UHGV virus genome: UHGV-0136520
Source: a virus
Reading direction: 5' to 3' (one strand)
DNA length: 28,383 nt
Part shown: positions 25,423 through 28,383 of the stretch, in pieces
Position numbering within the stretch: position 1 is the stretch's first letter
Layout of the letters: every line of letters starts with the position of its first letter
Notes under the pieces: model-generated
The model's input: the letters and a program-made list of their open reading frames with translations, nothing else
Told to the model about the DNA's origin: nothing
Databases searched by the model: none
Position numbers and translations under genes: made by a program

Positions 25423-26160
25423 ATGACTACACCAAACCCACTGGCGCCGGTAAAGGGTGCCACCACCACGCTCTGGATTTATTCCGGATCGGGTAACCCG
25501 TTCGCCAACCCGGTATCGGATGTTGACTGGACGCGGCTGGCAAAGATTAAAGACCTGCAGCCCGGTGAACTGACTGCCGAATCAAACGACGATACCTACC
25601 TGGACGACGATGATGCCGACTGGACTGCCACCTCGCAGGGGCAGAAATCGGCGGGTGAGGCCAGTTTTACGCTGGCCTGGAAACCTGCCGAGAGCGGGCA
25701 GCAGGATCTGGTTCGCTGGTTTGATGACGGTACCGTGCTGGCGTACAAAATTAAATACCCGAATGGCGCCATCGATGTGTTCCGTGGCTGGGTAAGCAGC
25801 CTGGGTAAAACGGTGACGGCAAAAGACACCATTACTCGTTCTGTCAAAATCAGCAATAACGGCAAGCCAGGCCTTGCTGAAGACAGCGCTGCTGCAGCGA
25901 TTGCCGTAACTGGCGTCAGCCTGGATAAATCGACCGCCACCGTTGCAGTTGCTGCCACCACCACGCTGAATGTCACCGTGACGCCAGCCAGCGCGAGCGA
26001 TCCATCTTTCCGGGCCACCACCACGGATGCAGGTAAAGCCACGGTGGCTGTCGCCGGTACGGTGCTGACGGTCACCGGCATTGCCGCCGGAACCGCCGAC
26101 ATTATCGTGATGACCAATGACGGGTTGTTTGTCGCGACCTGTAAAGTCACCGTTTCCTGA
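25423..26160 (+). CDS. V: Major tail tube protein (lambda gpV-like) with C-terminal Ig-like domain, 245 aa
   Basis: Synteny and similarity to lambda V. C-terminal region is Thr/Ala/Val-rich, consistent with an Ig-like decoration domain. Confidence 0.9.
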   Translation: MTTPNPLAPVKGATTTLWIYSGSGNPFANPVSDVDWTRLAKIKDLQPGELTAESNDDTYLDDDDADWTATSQGQKSAGEASFTLAWKPAESGQQDLVRWFDDGTVLAYKIKYPNGAIDVFRGWVSSLGKTVTAKDTITRSVKISNNGKPGLAEDSAAAAIAVTGVSLDKSTATVAVAATTTLNVTVTPASASDPSFRATTTDAGKATVAVAGTVLTVTGIAAGTADIIVMTNDGLFVATCKVTVS

Positions 26161-26196
26161 TCTTCGGGGCTGTGGCCCCGCTTTCCGGAGTAACCC

Positions 26197-26604
26197 ATGT
26201 TTTTAAAAAGTGAACCGTTCGAACGTAACGGTAATACAGTCACGCTCTACGAGCTGTCGGCACTGCAGCGTATTGAGCATCTTGAACACCTGAAGGCGCT
26301 GGAAAGTATCACCGATGCCGACATGCAGGCGGCGATGGATATGACGATTAAATCCGGCGCACTGCTGGTGGCCATGTCGTTATGGCATGGGCATCCCCTG
26401 AAAGGGACGCACAAAACGCCGAAAGAAGACGTAGAGCAGATCCAGAATGAAGTGCTGATGACCTGGCCGCTGGAGATTGTTTCCGCAGCAGAGTACAGCG
26501 TGAAGCTGCTGTCAGGCATGGTGCCGCTGCAGGAAGTAAATGTTCCGGAGGATGTCGCTGTGACTGAGCCGGTCAGTCTGGAAAAGTCCTCGCCAGTGAG
26601 CTGA
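26197..26604 (+). CDS. G: Tail assembly chaperone (lambda gpG-like), 135 aa
   Basis: MFLKSEPFERNGNTVTLYELSALQRIEHL matches the lambda G N-terminus as I recall it. Confidence 0.85.
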   Translation: MFLKSEPFERNGNTVTLYELSALQRIEHLEHLKALESITDADMQAAMDMTIKSGALLVAMSLWHGHPLKGTHKTPKEDVEQIQNEVLMTWPLEIVSAAEYSVKLLSGMVPLQEVNVPEDVAVTEPVSLEKSSPVS

Positions 26605-26933
26605 CATTCGTCCTGAAACTGGCGCGTGAATTTCGTCGCCCGGACTGGCGCGCCATGCTTGCTGGTATGTCGTCAACGGAATACGCCGACTGGCGAACGT
26701 TCTACCAGGACAATTTTTTTAATGATGTGCAACTGGATGCGCATTTTTCCTCGCTGATGCATATCGTCATTACCGCGCTTGACCCCAAAACCACATCAAC
26801 CCCTGCCAGCTTCAGCCTGCTTTCACCTTCTGCGGAGGATATTGCCGACGATGAACCCGGTGATGCTGTGCTGATGGCAAAGGCCGAGGGCATTTCAGGA
26901 GGCGTTCGCTATGGCCCAGACGGCAGTGGGTGA
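26197..26933 (+). CDS. T: Tail assembly chaperone G-T fusion made by -1 programmed ribosomal frameshift (slip near 26580-26586, T frame open 26568-26933)
   Basis: The -1 frame is open from 26568 and continues as the T-like ORF to stop 26931-26933. The only slippery-like heptamer in the overlap is G GAA AAG (26580-26586), at the position of lambda G GGA AAG six codons before the G stop. Confidence 0.65.
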
Positions 26934-28383
26934 CCTGGTCGTTAACCTTGATGTTAACTCGTCAAAGTTCAACGAACAGATGGAGTACGTAAAACGGCAG
27001 TTTAAGCAGACGGGTGACGCAGCGAATGACTCTGCGCTGAAGGTGCAGCAGTCATTTACCCGCCAGGAGAGCGCGGCGAAGAAGGCCGGTATTTCTGTAG
27101 GCCAGTACAACGCCGCGATGCGTATGCTGCCTGCGCAGTTTACGGATATCGCCACCCAGCTGGCCGGTGGTCAAAGCCCATGGCTCATTTTGCTGCAGCA
27201 GGGTGGTCAGGTTAAAGACTCCTTCGGCGGTATCATGCCGACCTTCAGGGCGCTGCTGGGCACCATATCGCCGGTGATGGTGGGGGTTGGCGCGCTGGCA
27301 GCCGCCACCGGTGCGGTGGTTTACGCCTGGTATCAGGGCTCGTCCACGCTGTCTGATTTCAACAAAACGCTGGTCCTGTCCGGAAACACTGCCGGGCTGA
27401 CCTCAAACCGCATGCTGGTTCTGGCGAAATCCGGCGAGCAGGCGGGACTCACGTTTAACCAGACCAGCAACGCGCTGACGGAGCTGGTTAACGCCGGAGT
27501 GCGTGCCGGTGCCCGGTTCGATGATATGAGTCAGGCGGTAGCGAAATTCACCGATGCGTCGGGTGTGCCGGTCGATAAGGTGGCGGCGGCATTCGGCAAA
27601 CTGACGAACGATCCGACCTCTGGTCTGATTGCCATGGCGCAGCAGTTCCATAACGTCACAGCGGAACAGATTGCTTATGTGGCACAGCTGCAACGTGCCG
27701 GGGATGAAGCCGGGGCGCTGCAGGCGGCTAATGATGCGGCGACGAATGGTTTTCGTGAGCAGACAAAGAGCCTGCGCGACAATATGGGGTCGATTGAGTC
27801 TGCTGCCGACAGCCTGAAGCGTGCCTTTAAATCGATGTGGGATGCGGCGCTCGATATCGGGCGGCCTGACACCACGCAGGAGATGGTTGCCAAAGCTGAA
27901 GCGGCCTTTAAGCGGGCGGATGAAATCTGGAATCTGCGTAAAGGCGATCGTTACGTCAATGATGATGCGCGCGCCAGCTACTGGAACGATCGGGAGTCTG
28001 CACGCCTTGCACTGGAAATGGCGCAGCAGCAGGCCAGTGTGGCAAAGGCAACGGAGGATAACGCCGCCCGCGAGGCGGTGATTGAATCTGACCGCCAGAA
28101 GTATGCCGCTCAGGCGCAGTCGAATTATGCAAAGACCCAGACTGCGCTGGAGAAGTACACGGCCCGTCAGAATGAACTGAACAAGGCACTGAAGGACGGG
28201 AGGATCCTTCAGGCTGACTACAACATCAATCTGGAAGCTGCGAAAAAAGAATACGACGACTCGCTGAAGAAACCCAAAGCCCCTTCAGCGGTGAAAACAC
28301 CTGCAGGCGTAAAAAGTGTCGATACTGCCAGCGCGCAGACGCTGGAGCTGGAGGCGCAGTTACGCACTCTGCAGGAGCATAAG
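26911..28383 (+). CDS. H: Tail tape-measure protein (lambda gpH-like), N-terminal 491 codons, truncated by window end
   Basis: ATG 26911 overlaps the end of T. Open to the last base of the window. Segments GQSPWLILLQQGGQVKDSFGG, LSDFNKTLVLSGN and LEKYTARQNELNKALKDG match lambda H as I recall it. Confidence 0.85.
   Translation, partial: MAQTAVGDLVVNLDVNSSKFNEQMEYVKRQFKQTGDAANDSALKVQQSFTRQESAAKKAGISVGQYNAAMRMLPAQFTDIATQLAGGQSPWLILLQQGGQVKDSFGGIMPTFRALLGTISPVMVGVGALAAATGAVVYAWYQGSSTLSDFNKTLVLSGNTAGLTSNRMLVLAKSGEQAGLTFNQTSNALTELVNAGVRAGARFDDMSQAVAKFTDASGVPVDKVAAAFGKLTNDPTSGLIAMAQQFHNVTAEQIAYVAQLQRAGDEAGALQAANDAATNGFREQTKSLRDNMGSIESAADSLKRAFKSMWDAALDIGRPDTTQEMVAKAEAAFKRADEIWNLRKGDRYVNDDARASYWNDRESARLALEMAQQQASVAKATEDNAAREAVIESDRQKYAAQAQSNYAKTQTALEKYTARQNELNKALKDGRILQADYNINLEAAKKEYDDSLKKPKAPSAVKTPAGVKSVDTASAQTLELEAQLRTLQEHK

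Noticed and set aside
25596-26243. 215-aa minus-strand ORF
   Set aside because: It is antisense to the well-supported gpV-like tail tube gene. Its Ala/Thr/Val-rich product mirrors the Ig-like domain codons.
1-28383. CRISPR arrays, rRNA or tRNA genes, IS elements
   Set aside because: No regularly spaced direct repeats with unique spacers, no rRNA-like or complete tRNA-like structures, and no transposase-like ORF with terminal inverted repeats were seen. The only tandem repeats are the origin iterons.

Overview
This window is the interior of a lambdoid prophage of enterobacterial type, running from the excisionase end of the early-left operon to the 5' part of the tail tape-measure gene. All calls rest on reading the sequence and ORF track against remembered protein families; no database search or computation was run. 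Layout: (1) 1-4627, a minus-strand early-left operon of tightly packed, often overlapping genes (excisionase-like, DEDD exonuclease, HD-domain phosphohydrolase, YfdQ-like protein, several small proteins including two under 60 aa that the ORF track omits); (2) 4628-5679, about 1 kb with no credible protein gene, where lambda-type phages carry PL/nutL/N; (3) 5680-7593, the immunity region (small convergent gene, bidirectional terminator, cI-like S24 repressor, operator/promoter region, Cro-like and CII-like regulators); (4) 7766-13012, replication and nin-like region (O-like initiator with in-gene iterons, Dam-type methyltransferase with a long C-terminal extension, RusA, antirepressor, DUF968-like protein, Q-like late regulator); (5) 13043-14755, late promoter region and a lysis cassette with dual-start holin, SAR endolysin and Rz with embedded Rz1; (6) 14796-15626, a visibly AT-rich two-gene moron with its own terminator; (7) 16463-28383, a cos site and a head/tail module collinear with and very similar to phage lambda Nu1-A-W-B-C-D-E-FI-FII-Z-U-V-G-T-H (H truncated by the window end). 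The best candidates for something undescribed are the ORF-poor structured segment at 4628-5679, the small gene beside cI, and the AT-rich moron before cos.
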